Shown: piece after piece, positions 28,922 to 39,486 of the stretch
Numbering within the stretch: position 1 is the stretch's first letter
Layout: each line of letters begins with the position of its first letter
Source: Microcoleus sp.
GTDB lineage: Bacteria; Cyanobacteriota; Cyanobacteriia; Cyanobacteriales; Microcoleaceae
Length of the DNA: 64,000 bases
Reading direction: 5' to 3'
Assembly: GCA_052279835.1 (NCBI GenBank)
Contig: CP181291.1
Coordinates: 4,864,001 to 4,928,000, forward strand
Notes under the pieces: generated by a model
What the model was told of the DNA's origin: nothing
Seen by the model: the letters and a program-made list of their open reading frames with translations, nothing else
Database searches by the model: none
Made by a program: the position numbers and the translations under genes

Positions 28922-28968
28922 CAAGTACCAACGGCACACTGTTTTTAATTTAGCATCGCTGAGTAGTT

Positions 28969-29316
28969 ATGACACAATCAGGAAAAGGATTTGGCTTCGG
29001 CCTGGGCAAAATGAAAGAACTAACTGAAGCTTTCAAGAAAGCTCAGCAGGTTCAAGAAGGAGCTAAGAAGCTTCAGGAAGAGTTGGATCAAATGGAAATT
29101 GAGGGAACTGCCGGCGGTGGCCTGGTTAAAGTTTTTCTCAGCGGGAACCAAGAACCCCGTCGGGTGGAAATCTCCCCCGATGCGCTTGGTGAAGGTGCGG
29201 ATGTGGTTTCTGAACTCGTCACGGTGGCGATGCTGGATGCCTACACTAAATCAACCATGACGATGCGGGAAAAAATGGAAGAACTGACTGGCGGACTTAA
29301 TCTCCCCGGTTTCTAA
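28969..29316 (+). CDS. ybaB: YbaB/EbfC family nucleoid-associated protein
   Basis: KKAQQVQ...[13 protein letters not shown]...MEELTGG. Confidence 0.93.
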   Translation: MTQSGKGFGFGLGKMKELTEAFKKAQQVQEGAKKLQEELDQMEIEGTAGGGLVKVFLSGNQEPRRVEISPDALGEGADVVSELVTVAMLDAYTKSTMTMREKMEELTGGLNLPGF

Positions 29317-29362
29317 GTGATTAGTCAGTAGTCAATAGTCTTGTGACTAATGACTACTGACT

Positions 29363-29619
29363 GGGGAATGGGGAATCGGGAATGGGGAATCGGGAATCGG
29401 GAATGGGGAATCGGGAATGGGGAATCGGGAATCGGGAATCGGGAATAGGGAATAGGACATTGGAATTAACAAATAACAAATAACCAATAACAAATAACCA
29501 ATAACAAATAACAAATAACCAATAACCAATAACCAATAACCAATAACCAATAACCAATAACAAATAACCAATAACCAATAACCAATAACCAATAACCAAT
29601 AACCAATAACTAATAACTA
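29363..29619. repeat. heptamer short tandem repeats (GGGAAT[C/G])n followed by (AATAAC[C/A/T])n
   Basis: Read directly; typical cyanobacterial STRR-like arrays. Confidence 0.93.
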
Positions 29620-30102
29620 ATGACTAAATTATTATTTGTGTGCTTAGGAAATATCTGCCGATCGCCTTCTGCAGAAAATATTATGAATCATTTGATTGAA
29701 CAGGCGGGTTTGGGCGATCGCATTACTTGCGATTCTGCTGGAACCGCAGGCTATCACATTGGCAGTCCTCCTGACAGTAGGATGGCTGTGGCGGCGAGGA
29801 AGCGGGACATTGAATTGTTAGGTGCTGCACGCCAATTTCAAAGGAAAGATTTTGAGAATTTTGATTTAATTCTGGCAATGGATCGGGAGAATTATCGAAA
29901 TATTCTTGCTCTTGATAACACTGGAAAATATAAAGAAAAAGTGCGGTTGATGTGCGATTTTTGCCAAAAATATGACTTGAAGGAAGTCCCCGATCCTTAT
30001 TATGGTGGACCGGAGGGGTTCGATCGCGTCATCGATTTGTTGCTGGATGCTTGCGAGGGCTTGTTGGAGTATTTGAAGAAGTTAGAAGTCAGCAGTCAAT
30101 AG
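29620..30102 (+). CDS. low molecular weight protein-tyrosine phosphatase
   Basis: VCLGNICRS, DSAGT, VPDPYY. Confidence 0.95.
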   Translation: MTKLLFVCLGNICRSPSAENIMNHLIEQAGLGDRITCDSAGTAGYHIGSPPDSRMAVAARKRDIELLGAARQFQRKDFENFDLILAMDRENYRNILALDNTGKYKEKVRLMCDFCQKYDLKEVPDPYYGGPEGFDRVIDLLLDACEGLLEYLKKLEVSSQ

Positions 30103-30248
30103 TTATTAGTTATTAGTTATTAGTTATTAGTTATTAGTTATTAGTTATTAGTTATTGCCGTCGCCAGCCAGCGAAGTCGAAGGGTTATTTGTTATTGGTG
30201 AGGAATTCCCAATTCCCAATTCCCAATTCCCAATTCCCAATTCCCAAT
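30101..30248. repeat. heptamer tandem repeats (AGTTATT)x8 and (AATTCCC)x6
   Basis: Read directly; between convergent genes. Confidence 0.93.
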
Positions 30249-30958
30249 TACCAATCCCTGATTAAATGGTGTTCCATCGCAAAACGAACCAGTTCTGCAC
30301 GATTATTGCTTTCGGTTTTTCTGAACAAGCTGCTGACGTGCTTTTCCACGGTTCGGGGACTGAGGTGGAGTTCAAGGCCTATTTGAATATTAGACAGACC
30401 TTCTGTGAGTAAATTCAGCACTTGTTGCTCTCTTTGGGTCAAATTCGGTGAATTTTGGGTAAAAGAAGGGCGATCGCCCCTTTCTGAATTTTGAGTCAAA
30501 AAATCTAATTCTCCCGTCTCCTTGACTTGGTGGCGCTGCTCTGTGGTAACAGTTTCTCTCTGGGAAGGCAACGCTTGGGCAATCAGAACGTATCTATCCA
30601 ACAAAGAGCGAATTACCACTCCCAACTCATTGAGTTCAAAAGGCTTGGCCAGATAATTGTCGCAGCCCATTTGATAGCCCCGAATTCGCTCCTGAGAACT
30701 CGTCCGTTCCGTCAAAAAAATCACCGGTAGCAAGCGGAAGGCTGGACGAGTCCGCACTCGCCGCACGAACTCGTAGCCGTCCATTTCAGGCATTGTAATG
30801 TCGGTAACAATCAAATGCGGCTGAAATTCCTCTACTAAGCCGAGAGCTTCTTTGCCGTTTTCAGCAGGGATGACCGAATAACCCAAAATTTCCAGGTAAT
30901 CGTTAATCGACAAGCGAGTCGCAAAATCATCATCAGCAACCAGGATTGTCAATGGCAT
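30248..30958 (-). CDS. NarL/LuxR family response regulator (REC + HTH)
   Basis: [30 protein letters not shown]...[10 protein letters not shown]. Confidence 0.93.
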
Positions 30959-31036
30959 GGGGGAACTTAAAAATTAAACAGTGAGCATTAAAAATTAAAA
31001 ATGACTAATTTCACTTTTAATTTTTAATTTTACTGG

Positions 31037-32629
31037 TTAACTTCCTTTATAGCTTGTAGTCAAAGTAGCAGGTTGCCCAAAATTACCTTCCAAAACAACA
31101 CCTCGACCGTTGGCAGCCAAATGGCGCACAATTTGGTAAATTGTCTCAATTTGCTCTGGCTTTCCGGCTTTTTTGGCTAGTTCGGTGACAGACAGAGGAG
31201 TTTCCGACTGTTTGAGAACTTCCAGTACCTGTTTTTGCAAGTCTAATACAGCAGCGGCAGCTTTTTTGCCTGCTTCGACACCTGGTTGGTGATAGGCGTT
31301 GACATTCACCAAGGAACCGTAAAAACCTACGGCTCTTTCGTAGAGAGCAATTAATGCTCCTACTGTGCGAGGATTTACTTGAGGAATGGTGACAGTAATC
31401 GAATCTCGTTGATTTTCCGACAAAGCTTGTCGAGTTCCCTGGAACAAACCCGACAAATAATCTCCCGATGTCACCCCGGTTTCCACTTCTGGAGAAATGC
31501 CTTGCCTGTCTTGCAAAACTTCAATAAATGTGAGGAAGAAATTCGGGACACCTTCTCGCAATTGTTGGACGTAGGCGTGTTGGTCTGTTGTGCCTTTGTT
31601 GCCGTAGACTGCTATGCCTTGATAAACTGTGTTGCCGTCTAAATCTTTCTCTTTCCCTATAGATTCCATGACTAATTGCTGCAAATAGCGACTGAACAAT
31701 AGCAGGGAATCTTTGTAGGGGAGAACTACCATATCTTTTTCGCCACGTCCGTTGCAGGCAAAATACCAACTCATGGCTAAAAGGGCGGCGGGATTGTGTT
31801 TAATTTCGGTGTTTTTGGTGGCTTCGTCCATGACTTTAGCACCGTCGAGCATTGCCGAGATGTCAATGCCTTGCAAAGCTGCTGGCAAAAGTCCGACTGC
31901 GGAGAGTTCGGAAGTTCTTCCTCCTACCCAATCTGCCATGGGGAAGGTGGTAATCCAGCCTTCTGATTTGGCTAATTTGTCTAGTTGGCTGTCTACTCCG
32001 GTGATGGCTATGGCTTGTTTGGCAAAGTCGAGTTTTTGGGCGGCGAAGGCTTTTTGCACTTCGATCATGCCGTTGCGGGGTTCGGGGGTGCCGCCGGATT
32101 TGGAGATGGTAATTACTAGGGTGCTGACGAGTTTGTCTTTGATTTGGTTGAGGATGCGATCGATTCCTGCCGGGTCAGTGTTGTCGATAAAATGTATGGC
32201 TAGGGGCGGAATGTCTGGGGATAAAGCTTCGGAGACAAATTGGGGGCCGAGGGCGGAACCACCGATGCCGATCGAGATAATATCGGTAAATTGGGGAGCG
32301 AATGGTGGTTTGATGTCGCGGCTTTGAACTTTCTTGACAAATGTTTCTATTTGTTGTAGCGTCTGGACTATTTCTTGTTTGAGTTCTGGGGTGGGGGCGA
32401 TATCGGGGTTGCGGAGCCAGTAGTGGCCTACCATGCGGTGTTCATCGGGATTGGCGATCGCCCCTGCTTCTAAAGCTGTCATGTCTTTGAAAGCTTTGTC
32501 AAATTTGGGTTTCATTGTAGTGACGAAAGCGTCGTCGAAGCTCATGCGACTGATATCGAGGTAAAGTCCCAATCCAGAGTGATAGTAAAGCCAGTCTTGA
32601 TAGCGTTGCCAGAGTGCTGTGGCATCCAT
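31037..32629 (-). CDS. pgi: glucose-6-phosphate isomerase
   Basis: [36 protein letters not shown]. Confidence 0.96.
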   Translation of the reverse strand: MDATALWQRYQDWLYYHSGLGLYLDISRMSFDDAFVTTMKPKFDKAFKDMTALEAGAIANPDEHRMVGHYWLRNPDIAPTPELKQEIVQTLQQIETFVKKVQSRDIKPPFAPQFTDIISIGIGGSALGPQFVSEALSPDIPPLAIHFIDNTDPAGIDRILNQIKDKLVSTLVITISKSGGTPEPRNGMIEVQKAFAAQKLDFAKQAIAITGVDSQLDKLAKSEGWITTFPMADWVGGRTSELSAVGLLPAALQGIDISAMLDGAKVMDEATKNTEIKHNPAALLAMSWYFACNGRGEKDMVVLPYKDSLLLFSRYLQQLVMESIGKEKDLDGNTVYQGIAVYGNKGTTDQHAYVQQLREGVPNFFLTFIEVLQDRQGISPEVETGVTSGDYLSGLFQGTRQALSENQRDSITVTIPQVNPRTVGALIALYERAVGFYGSLVNVNAYHQPGVEAGKKAAAAVLDLQKQVLEVLKQSETPLSVTELAKKAGKPEQIETIYQIVRHLAANGRGVVLEGNFGQPATLTTSYKGS

Positions 32630-32862
32630 AGGAATTCTCTACAATTTTTTTAATGTTCGATCGGCATCATCGGGAATCAACCAATTGTAGTTCAAAACTC
32701 ACATCTTGTCCTTGTTTCCGTCACAGACTGAACTGCCTGTTCCACAAACAGTGAATTTCTTGTGGGTATGGTATTCGTTTTTTACTTTTTCAAGTATAAA
32801 TACTTAATGTTGTACAATATACAGATATTAGAATTCAGTTCCTATCTCAGAAACAATCGACT

Positions 32863-33876
32863 ATGCTTACTCTCTCTCCAGAATTACAAAAAAGATTAGC
32901 AACTCCTCTGAAAATCGGCGATTTTGAAGTCAACAGTCGGGTGTTGCAATCGCCGTTGTCGGGTGTTACAGATTTAGTATTTCGCCGCTTGGTGCGCCGC
33001 TATGCACCGGATTCAATGATGTATACCGAAATGGTGAATGCTACGGGTTTGCACTACGTCAAGCAACTGCCGAGAATTATGGAAGTTGACCCGAATGAAC
33101 GCCCGATTAGCATTCAATTATTTGACTGTCGTCCAGATTTTTTGGCAGAAGCGGCACAGAAGGCAGTGGCAGAAGGGGCGGATACAGTTGATATTAATAT
33201 GGGCTGTCCGGTTAACAAAATTACTAAAAATGGTGGCGGTTCTTCCTTGCTACGAGATCCAGAGACTGCTGAGGCAATTGTGCGGGCAGTTGTGCAAGCT
33301 GTAGATGTTCCTGTGACTGTCAAAACTCGCATTGGTTGGACGGACAAAGAAATTAATATTTTGGATTTTGCCAAACGGATGGAAGATGCGGGAGCAAAAA
33401 TGATTACTGTCCATGGTCGAACTCGATCGCAAGGTTACAACGGCCAGGCAAAATGGGAATGGATTCGTCGTGTTAAGGAAGTTTTATCGATTCCTGTGAT
33501 CGCCAATGGAGACATATTTTCTGTTGAGGCGGCCATCCGCTGTCTGGAAGAAACTGGGGCGGATGGAGTGATGTGTTCGCGGGGAACTTTGGGCTATCCT
33601 TTCTTGGTGGGAGAGGTGGATTATTTCATCAAAACTGGTGTGGAAAAGATAACTCCGACACCAATTGAACGGCTCGAATGTGCTAAGGAACATTTGCGGG
33701 CTTTGTGGGAATATAAGGGTGACAGCGGTGTGTCTCAAGCGCGCAAGCACTTAACCTGGTATGCTAAGGGCTTCCCTGGTGCAGCGGAATTGCGGGGCTT
33801 GTTGGCGGTGGTAGAAACGGTGGAACAAGGTTGCGATTCGATCGATCGCGCGATCGAGCAATTACCCGCAAGTTGA
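32863..33876 (+). CDS. dusB: tRNA dihydrouridine synthase B
   Basis: DINMGCP, VTVKTRIG, VHGRT, IANGDI. Confidence 0.92.
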   Translation: MLTLSPELQKRLATPLKIGDFEVNSRVLQSPLSGVTDLVFRRLVRRYAPDSMMYTEMVNATGLHYVKQLPRIMEVDPNERPISIQLFDCRPDFLAEAAQKAVAEGADTVDINMGCPVNKITKNGGGSSLLRDPETAEAIVRAVVQAVDVPVTVKTRIGWTDKEINILDFAKRMEDAGAKMITVHGRTRSQGYNGQAKWEWIRRVKEVLSIPVIANGDIFSVEAAIRCLEETGADGVMCSRGTLGYPFLVGEVDYFIKTGVEKITPTPIERLECAKEHLRALWEYKGDSGVSQARKHLTWYAKGFPGAAELRGLLAVVETVEQGCDSIDRAIEQLPAS

Positions 33877-33965
33877 AACCAGGGAAACCTCGTGGGAACA
33901 AAAACAAAGCTCGGCTCTGCGGGCGCAGATTTAACGTATAATTGAAAACTCGTGTGGGGGTAAAT

Positions 33966-34886
33966 ATGGACTCATTAAAAGGGCGAGATTTATTAAGTCT
34001 AGCAGATTTAAGTATTGACGAATTAACTTATTTGTTAGACCTAGGTGCGAGCCTGAAATCGGGAATGGTGAAGCTGAAACGAAATAAAGTTCTCGGCTTG
34101 TTATTTTCTAAAGCTTCAACACGCACACGGGTGAGTTTTACGGTGGCAATGTATAAATTAGGAGGTCAAGTTATTGACCTCAATCCTAATGTTACTCAAG
34201 TCAGCCGTGGGGAACCTTTGGTGGATACAGCCAGAGTATTAGACCGATATTTGGATGTTTTAGCGATTAGGACTTTCGATCAAAAGGATTTAGTAACTTT
34301 TGCTAATTATGCAAAAATACCTGTAATTAATGCGCTGACTGATGACGAACACCCCTGTCAAGTATTGGCGGATTTAATGACAGTAAAAGAGTGTTTTGGC
34401 AAGTGGGAAGGGGTGACTTTGGCTTATTTTGGCGATGGCAATAATATGGCGAATTCGCTGATGTTGGGCTGTGCAATGATGGGGATGAATGTGAGAATTT
34501 CTTGTCCTCAAGACTTTATGCCAAATCCTGAGATTGTGGAAAAGGCAAAGGCGATTGCGAAGGGAAAGACAGAAGTGACTGTGACTGCTGATGCCAAAGC
34601 TGCTGCTAAGGAAGCTCAAGTAATTTATACTGATGTTTGGGCAAGTATGGGACAGGAAGAGGAAGCTACAAGTAGGATTCCTTTGTTTGAGCCTTTTCAG
34701 GTAAATGAAGAGTTGGTGGAGTTAGCCGATCGGAATGCGATTGTACTGCACTGTTTGCCGGCGCACCGAGACGAAGAGATTACGGATGGGGTAATTGAAG
34801 GGAGTCAATCGCGGGTTTGGGATCAGGCGGAAAATCGGATGCACGCTCAGCAAGCTTTGCTGGCGGCGATTCTCGAAAGCGATTAA
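33966..34886 (+). CDS. argF: ornithine carbamoyltransferase
   Basis: STRTRVSF, HPCQ, DVWASMG, HCLP, QAENR. Confidence 0.96.
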   Translation: MDSLKGRDLLSLADLSIDELTYLLDLGASLKSGMVKLKRNKVLGLLFSKASTRTRVSFTVAMYKLGGQVIDLNPNVTQVSRGEPLVDTARVLDRYLDVLAIRTFDQKDLVTFANYAKIPVINALTDDEHPCQVLADLMTVKECFGKWEGVTLAYFGDGNNMANSLMLGCAMMGMNVRISCPQDFMPNPEIVEKAKAIAKGKTEVTVTADAKAAAKEAQVIYTDVWASMGQEEEATSRIPLFEPFQVNEELVELADRNAIVLHCLPAHRDEEITDGVIEGSQSRVWDQAENRMHAQQALLAAILESD

Positions 34887-35005
34887 CAACAGAAAGCAGA
34901 AGAGAAGAATAAGAGGAAAGCCAATCTCTCTATCCCAACCTCTTCTCTCTCTGCGCCAAGAGCGCCCTCTGCGGTTAATACAAAAAAATCTAATTCAAAA
35001 ATAAA

Positions 35006-35107
35006 TATAGCAGTCCTAAATGAGTCGCAAGTTTTTTACCCCACCCCAACCCTCCCCTTACTAAGGGGAGGGAGCAAGAAATTCACAAATGATTTAGAAT
35101 TGCTATA
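35006..35107. repeat. MITE-like element with TATAGCAGTCCTAAAT/ATTTAGAATTGCTATA ends and an internal CCCTCCCCTT..AAGGGGAGGG hairpin
   Basis: Imperfect terminal inverted repeats visible. Confidence 0.65.
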
Positions 35108-35125
35108 GAATTGCTACAGCCGTTT

Positions 35126-35710
35126 TCAATTCGATCTAATTGGTGGCAACATTTCGGGAATTGCGATATTGACAGCCGGAAAATGCAGCGGTGAAATGCT
35201 CCCATTTTCCCCAAGAATCAATTCGCTTTGATACCCATTTTCAACAGGTTCTCGAAAAACATGAAGTTGCCGATCGTTCACATTTAATACCCAATAATCG
35301 GCAATTCCCGATCGCGCGTAAATTTTCGCTTTAACTTCGCGATCGTAAGTTAAGCTGCTATCTGCTACTTCGATAATCAGATATACCTCTGAAGGAGTTG
35401 GATGGTGAGTCGCATAATCCAACGGATCTATTATTACTAAAGTGATATCCGGTTCAGGCTCAGAATTGTCGTCGAGGGCGATCGGGCTTTTATAATAAAC
35501 ATCAACCCGATTTCCGAGAAGATCTCGCAGTGCATTAGCAGTACGTCTCGCGGCTGAAGTGTTAGCAGTTCTTTTTGCACTGATTGTGATGATATTTCCT
35601 TCAATTAATTCGACTCGCTCCTCTGGGTGAAAAAATCCTATTTCTCCCAGCTTGTGATATTCTTCAACTGTCCATTTGCGGAGCGTGAAAGGGGCTTCTG
35701 TGATGAGCAT
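35126..35710 (-). CDS. Uma2 family protein
   Basis: WTVEEYH, EPEPDI, LIIEVADSS, YARSGIADYW. Confidence 0.9.
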   Translation of the reverse strand: MLITEAPFTLRKWTVEEYHKLGEIGFFHPEERVELIEGNIITISAKRTANTSAARRTANALRDLLGNRVDVYYKSPIALDDNSEPEPDITLVIIDPLDYATHHPTPSEVYLIIEVADSSLTYDREVKAKIYARSGIADYWVLNVNDRQLHVFREPVENGYQSELILGENGSISPLHFPAVNIAIPEMLPPIRSN

Positions 35711-35763
35711 AGTTCCCTCGCTAAATTTATAATATGATGTGGAATAATTTAATTGTAGCTTAA

Positions 35764-35851
35764 CTGGTTCCCAGGCAGAACCTGGGAACCGATGTAAGCG
35801 AGACTCTTCCTCGCCTATCTGCGTTACCAGGCTCTTCCTGGGAACGAGTAG
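35764..35851. repeat. dispersed palindromic repeat, same family as 23507-23620
   Basis: CTGGTTCCCAGGCAGAACCTGGGAACC...TGCGTTACCAGGC...GGAACGAGTAG. Confidence 0.8.
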
Positions 35852-35869
35852 AAAAGACTGAAATCTTTA

Positions 35870-37477
35870 CTACAAATTCATTTTTGCGACCTCACCTGCA
35901 ACCACATTAACAGTTTGTTGAATTTGAGTTCCATCAACCTTTAACTGATAAGTTCCTGGAGAAAGCTCGATCGCCCCAAACCATCCTTTACCATCCGCCC
36001 GCAGTTGCCGCACTTTGCTATTACCACCGATCGCCTGCAATGTCAAGCTCGCACCGTCGCAAGTTCCAGCGCACTGTTGCAAATTGCCCGCGATCGCACC
36101 CATAGTCGGCCGCGACTTCCAAGGCATATCGGGAATCGCAGCCGGAGTAGCCCACACAGGCTGAGTTTGAACAGTTCTGCCCGTAGCGCCGTCCACGTAT
36201 TGAGTGGGGTGGGACAGGGCGTTATAAAACCAATCATTACTCTGGGACACGAATTTCCAAGGCTGACGGGGCAAATCGCCACTACCGCCCGATCGCAGTT
36301 CGACATTAGCATAGACGTTGCTGCTAGCGTAGGAATACAGCACCGTACCTACGACTTGATTTCCTTTGGCAGAGGGCGCTTCGGCGCGACGAATCTGGGC
36401 TAGGGTGTCTTCAATGTAGTTGAGATAATTACCAGGTCCGATCGCAATTTGGCGGTTGTATTGGTGGTCTTTAGCGTACTCGATCCAATTATCGTAACCG
36501 CGCTTCTGCTGCGGCTTGTACTCGCGCTGGTAAGTCATCGGCATCGCCATGTCGAGAATACCTTCTTCCAGCCAAGCCCGCCAATCCTGCAAAACTTCGC
36601 TGTAAGGTTGCGTTTTATACCAACCTTCATCATTTTTCGGGCCGTCGCCCCAGGCGATCGTCGCCGCCGTCACTTTCACTCGCGGTTTAATCGCCAGGGC
36701 TTCTACATAAAGCTTCCGCACTAATTCCGTCACGCGATCGCGCCGCCACTGCATCCACGCCGGATCGCTGGGTTTGGGCGTGCCCGCGCGCCCGGTTTGC
36801 TGGTTGAAACGGGCGATCGCAGTCGGATTGTAGCCCCAATCCGGCCCGCCATAGCGCACGTAATCCAACTGTACGCCGTCCACATCGTAGCGCTTCAGCA
36901 AGTCCAAATAGACGGAAACAGTATAATCCAAGGCATCTGGATGGCCAGGATCGAGAAAACCTTTCGATTCCCCACCGTAAGTCAGCATCGCCCAATTGTC
37001 CCTTCCTGGGGCATTGGGTCCGTGTTGTTGCCAAACGTGACCGGCGGGGAGTTTACCGCCAGAAACTACTGGTAGCGTTACCATCCAAGCGTGGACTTCC
37101 ATGCCTGCGGCGTGGGCTTTGTCAATCAAATCTTGGAGTGGATCGAAACCGGCTGGAACGTTAGGATCGAGGGTGCGTGGTTCGATCGCACTGGTGTAAA
37201 AAGCATCACCACGGCGACGAACTTGGGCGACGATCGCATTGGCGTTAGCCAGTTTAGCATCTGCAATCAATTTGGTGACTTCTTGAGGTGTTTTGAAGCC
37301 CGGATTAAATGCGTCCACCCAGAAGGCTCGAAATTCCGAAGTTTGGGTTTGTGGGGGGGGATTTGCTATCGCGCGATTCGGAAACCAGTGTGATAACCAG
37401 CCTGGAGTCAGGAGAAAACTGATTGTTAAGCCGATCGAAAACAGGCTTGACAAAAAGAATGTTTTGGATTTACGCAT
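35870..37477 (-). CDS. exported glycoside hydrolase-like 10 (YddW/DigH, DUF187) protein
   Basis: Signal peptide; EFRAFWV, QVRRRGDAFY, FDPL, EVHAW, LDPGHP, DGVQLDY, QDW..W. Confidence 0.85.
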   Translation of the reverse strand: MRKSKTFFLSSLFSIGLTISFLLTPGWLSHWFPNRAIANPPPQTQTSEFRAFWVDAFNPGFKTPQEVTKLIADAKLANANAIVAQVRRRGDAFYTSAIEPRTLDPNVPAGFDPLQDLIDKAHAAGMEVHAWMVTLPVVSGGKLPAGHVWQQHGPNAPGRDNWAMLTYGGESKGFLDPGHPDALDYTVSVYLDLLKRYDVDGVQLDYVRYGGPDWGYNPTAIARFNQQTGRAGTPKPSDPAWMQWRRDRVTELVRKLYVEALAIKPRVKVTAATIAWGDGPKNDEGWYKTQPYSEVLQDWRAWLEEGILDMAMPMTYQREYKPQQKRGYDNWIEYAKDHQYNRQIAIGPGNYLNYIEDTLAQIRRAEAPSAKGNQVVGTVLYSYASSNVYANVELRSGGSGDLPRQPWKFVSQSNDWFYNALSHPTQYVDGATGRTVQTQPVWATPAAIPDMPWKSRPTMGAIAGNLQQCAGTCDGASLTLQAIGGNSKVRQLRADGKGWFGAIELSPGTYQLKVDGTQIQQTVNVVAGEVAKMNL

Positions 37478-37772
37478 CAGAATTGTGTGAGAGAGCGTTT
37501 AACTGTCTGTTACGGACTATTGGTTTGAGAGTCCGGTTGACATTTTCGCACAATGTTATATTAAGTGGGCAAATAAGTAAATAGTTGAGTAATACCGCTG
37601 GGATAGTCGAGCATGAGATTAAAATAGACCTCGGCAAAATGGAGGATATTTTACGCTCTTTGAATATAGCGGTTGAGCCAGTAAATTGAATGAGCAACAC
37701 GACTTAACTTAGTCAGTCCTGGGCGCAAAAAACCCGGTTTATGAGAAAAAATCCGGGAGCATCCCAATTTTG

Positions 37773-37847
37773 CAGGGGCGAAGCATGACCGCAGATAATT
37801 TATGAGTTAAAAGCAGAGATTTACTGTCGGAATGCTTCGCCCCTACA
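37773..37847. repeat. REP-like inverted pair AGGGGCGAAGCAT...ATGCTTCGCCCCTAC
   Basis: 13-bp inverted repeat with CCCCTAC end. Confidence 0.75.
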
Positions 37848-38064
37848 GATATATTTGCAAAAACAGATAAATGAAAAATTTGCTCGTTTCAACGAAGCAT
37901 CAAATCAAAGCATTTCTGAGGCGCAATGATGCTAAGATACAAAGCTTATATTGCGGTCGTTGGTATCGCAATGCCATATACTGTGATGCAAGCAGTTTTA
38001 CATACCGGAAAATGCCGATCGCACTCAGTAAATCTCATAAGCAACTAGGTAAAATATCTTGGCA

Positions 38065-39429
38065 ATGGAAAAAAAACATAACGCTGGATTGTGGGTATCA
38101 GTATTATACTTCGCCCAAGGTCTCCCTTACACCGTCGTTAATTTAATGTCGGTGATTTTTTTGAAAGGTTTGGGAACCAGCAACGAACTGATCGGATTGA
38201 CAAGTCTTTTGTCTTTTCCTTGGGTATTAAAAGGTTTGTGGGGCCCCGTAGTTGATTTGTATTCAACTAAGCGCAAGTGGATTTTAAACATGGAAATTCT
38301 TTGTGCTTTTTTGTTCGCTTTCCTAGCTTTTGGTGTGTTAACACCCCATCCTATTATTATATCGCTGGTCATTTTTACGGCCATTGCCTTTGTTTCGGCT
38401 ACTCACGACATCGCCATTGACGGATTTTATTTAAACACGCTTAATAAAGACCAACAAGCACTATTTGTCGGGGTTCGCAACACGGCTTATAGAGGTGCTG
38501 TCATTGTCGGTAGCGGTGTCTTGGTTTTTTTGGCTGGTAAATTAGCAGAACAGTATTTAGTGACGGGAAATGGTAGCGATACCAAAGTATATCAAGACAT
38601 TCAGTTGTCTTTTTTGGGTTCGTCTTTTAACGTAACTGCCCTTAGCTACGGATGGGCGACAGCCTTTGGCATTTGTGCCATTATGTTTGTGCTAATTTAT
38701 CTGTTTCAACGGTGGTATCTTCCCTATCCTAGAAATTATGCGGAGGAAGCGGGTGTACCTCGGCAAACCACCAGTTTTATGGAGTCATTTATAACCTATT
38801 TTGAGCAAGATAAAATTGGTTGGATTGTCGCTTATGTCTTGATTTTTAGATTGGGCGATGCCTTGACTTTTAAAATGGCTCCTCCGTTTTTAATGGATAA
38901 AGTGGAAAAAGGAGGATTAGCGGTTTCTACCTCGGATATGGGCTTGTTATCTGGTACTTTTGGCGTAATGTTTCTGTTAATTGGAGGGCTGTTAGGGGGC
39001 TATTTGATTGCGAAACAAGGACTGAAAAAATGGATGTGGCCGACGGCTATTCTGCAAAATTCTACTAACGTGCTGTATTGGCTGTTGGCAATCAATCAAC
39101 CGGGGATTGAATGGGCTTATGTCGTAAATTCGATCGAGCAATTTACCTATGGGCTTGGCGTAGCGGCCTATACAGTGTTCTTGATGCGGACTGTCCGCCC
39201 GGAATATGAAGCCTCACATTATGCAATTACCACCGCCTTCATGGCCGCGGGAGTGCTGATTCCGGGGGTTTTTAGTGGCTACTTGCAAGCGAATCTTGGC
39301 TATCAAAATTATTTCTTAATGAGTGCACTGGCTGTGATTCCAGGTATGATGACAATCTTCTTTTTGCCACTAGAAGATGAATCAAAATTAGCATCTATGC
39401 CCAGACCTGGACTGGACGATCCAGATTAA
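38065..39429 (+). CDS. AmpG-like MFS transporter
   Basis: LYFAQGLP, PWVLKGLWGPVVD, SATHDIAIDG; ~12 hydrophobic segments. Confidence 0.85.
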   Translation: MEKKHNAGLWVSVLYFAQGLPYTVVNLMSVIFLKGLGTSNELIGLTSLLSFPWVLKGLWGPVVDLYSTKRKWILNMEILCAFLFAFLAFGVLTPHPIIISLVIFTAIAFVSATHDIAIDGFYLNTLNKDQQALFVGVRNTAYRGAVIVGSGVLVFLAGKLAEQYLVTGNGSDTKVYQDIQLSFLGSSFNVTALSYGWATAFGICAIMFVLIYLFQRWYLPYPRNYAEEAGVPRQTTSFMESFITYFEQDKIGWIVAYVLIFRLGDALTFKMAPPFLMDKVEKGGLAVSTSDMGLLSGTFGVMFLLIGGLLGGYLIAKQGLKKWMWPTAILQNSTNVLYWLLAINQPGIEWAYVVNSIEQFTYGLGVAAYTVFLMRTVRPEYEASHYAITTAFMAAGVLIPGVFSGYLQANLGYQNYFLMSALAVIPGMMTIFFLPLEDESKLASMPRPGLDDPD

Positions 39430-39486
39430 TTTAGTAAAGGGCAGGCTGGTTGCCTGCCACACAATCAATATTTGGGGAGGTTTCTA

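Noticed and set aside
28800..29027. 75-aa ORF upstream of ybaB
   Set aside because: Crosses the IS remnant out of frame with the TnpB tail and overlaps ybaB; no recognisable motif
29347..29599. Two 81-aa ORFs, and the 65-aa ORF at 30189
   Set aside because: Read-through of heptamer tandem repeats
31752..32327. 191-aa antisense ORF and similar shadow ORFs over housekeeping genes
   Set aside because: Fully overlap well-supported genes on the opposite strand and have no motifs
37871..38146. 91-aa ORF overlapping the ampG start
   Set aside because: No motif, and overlaps a better-supported gene in another frame
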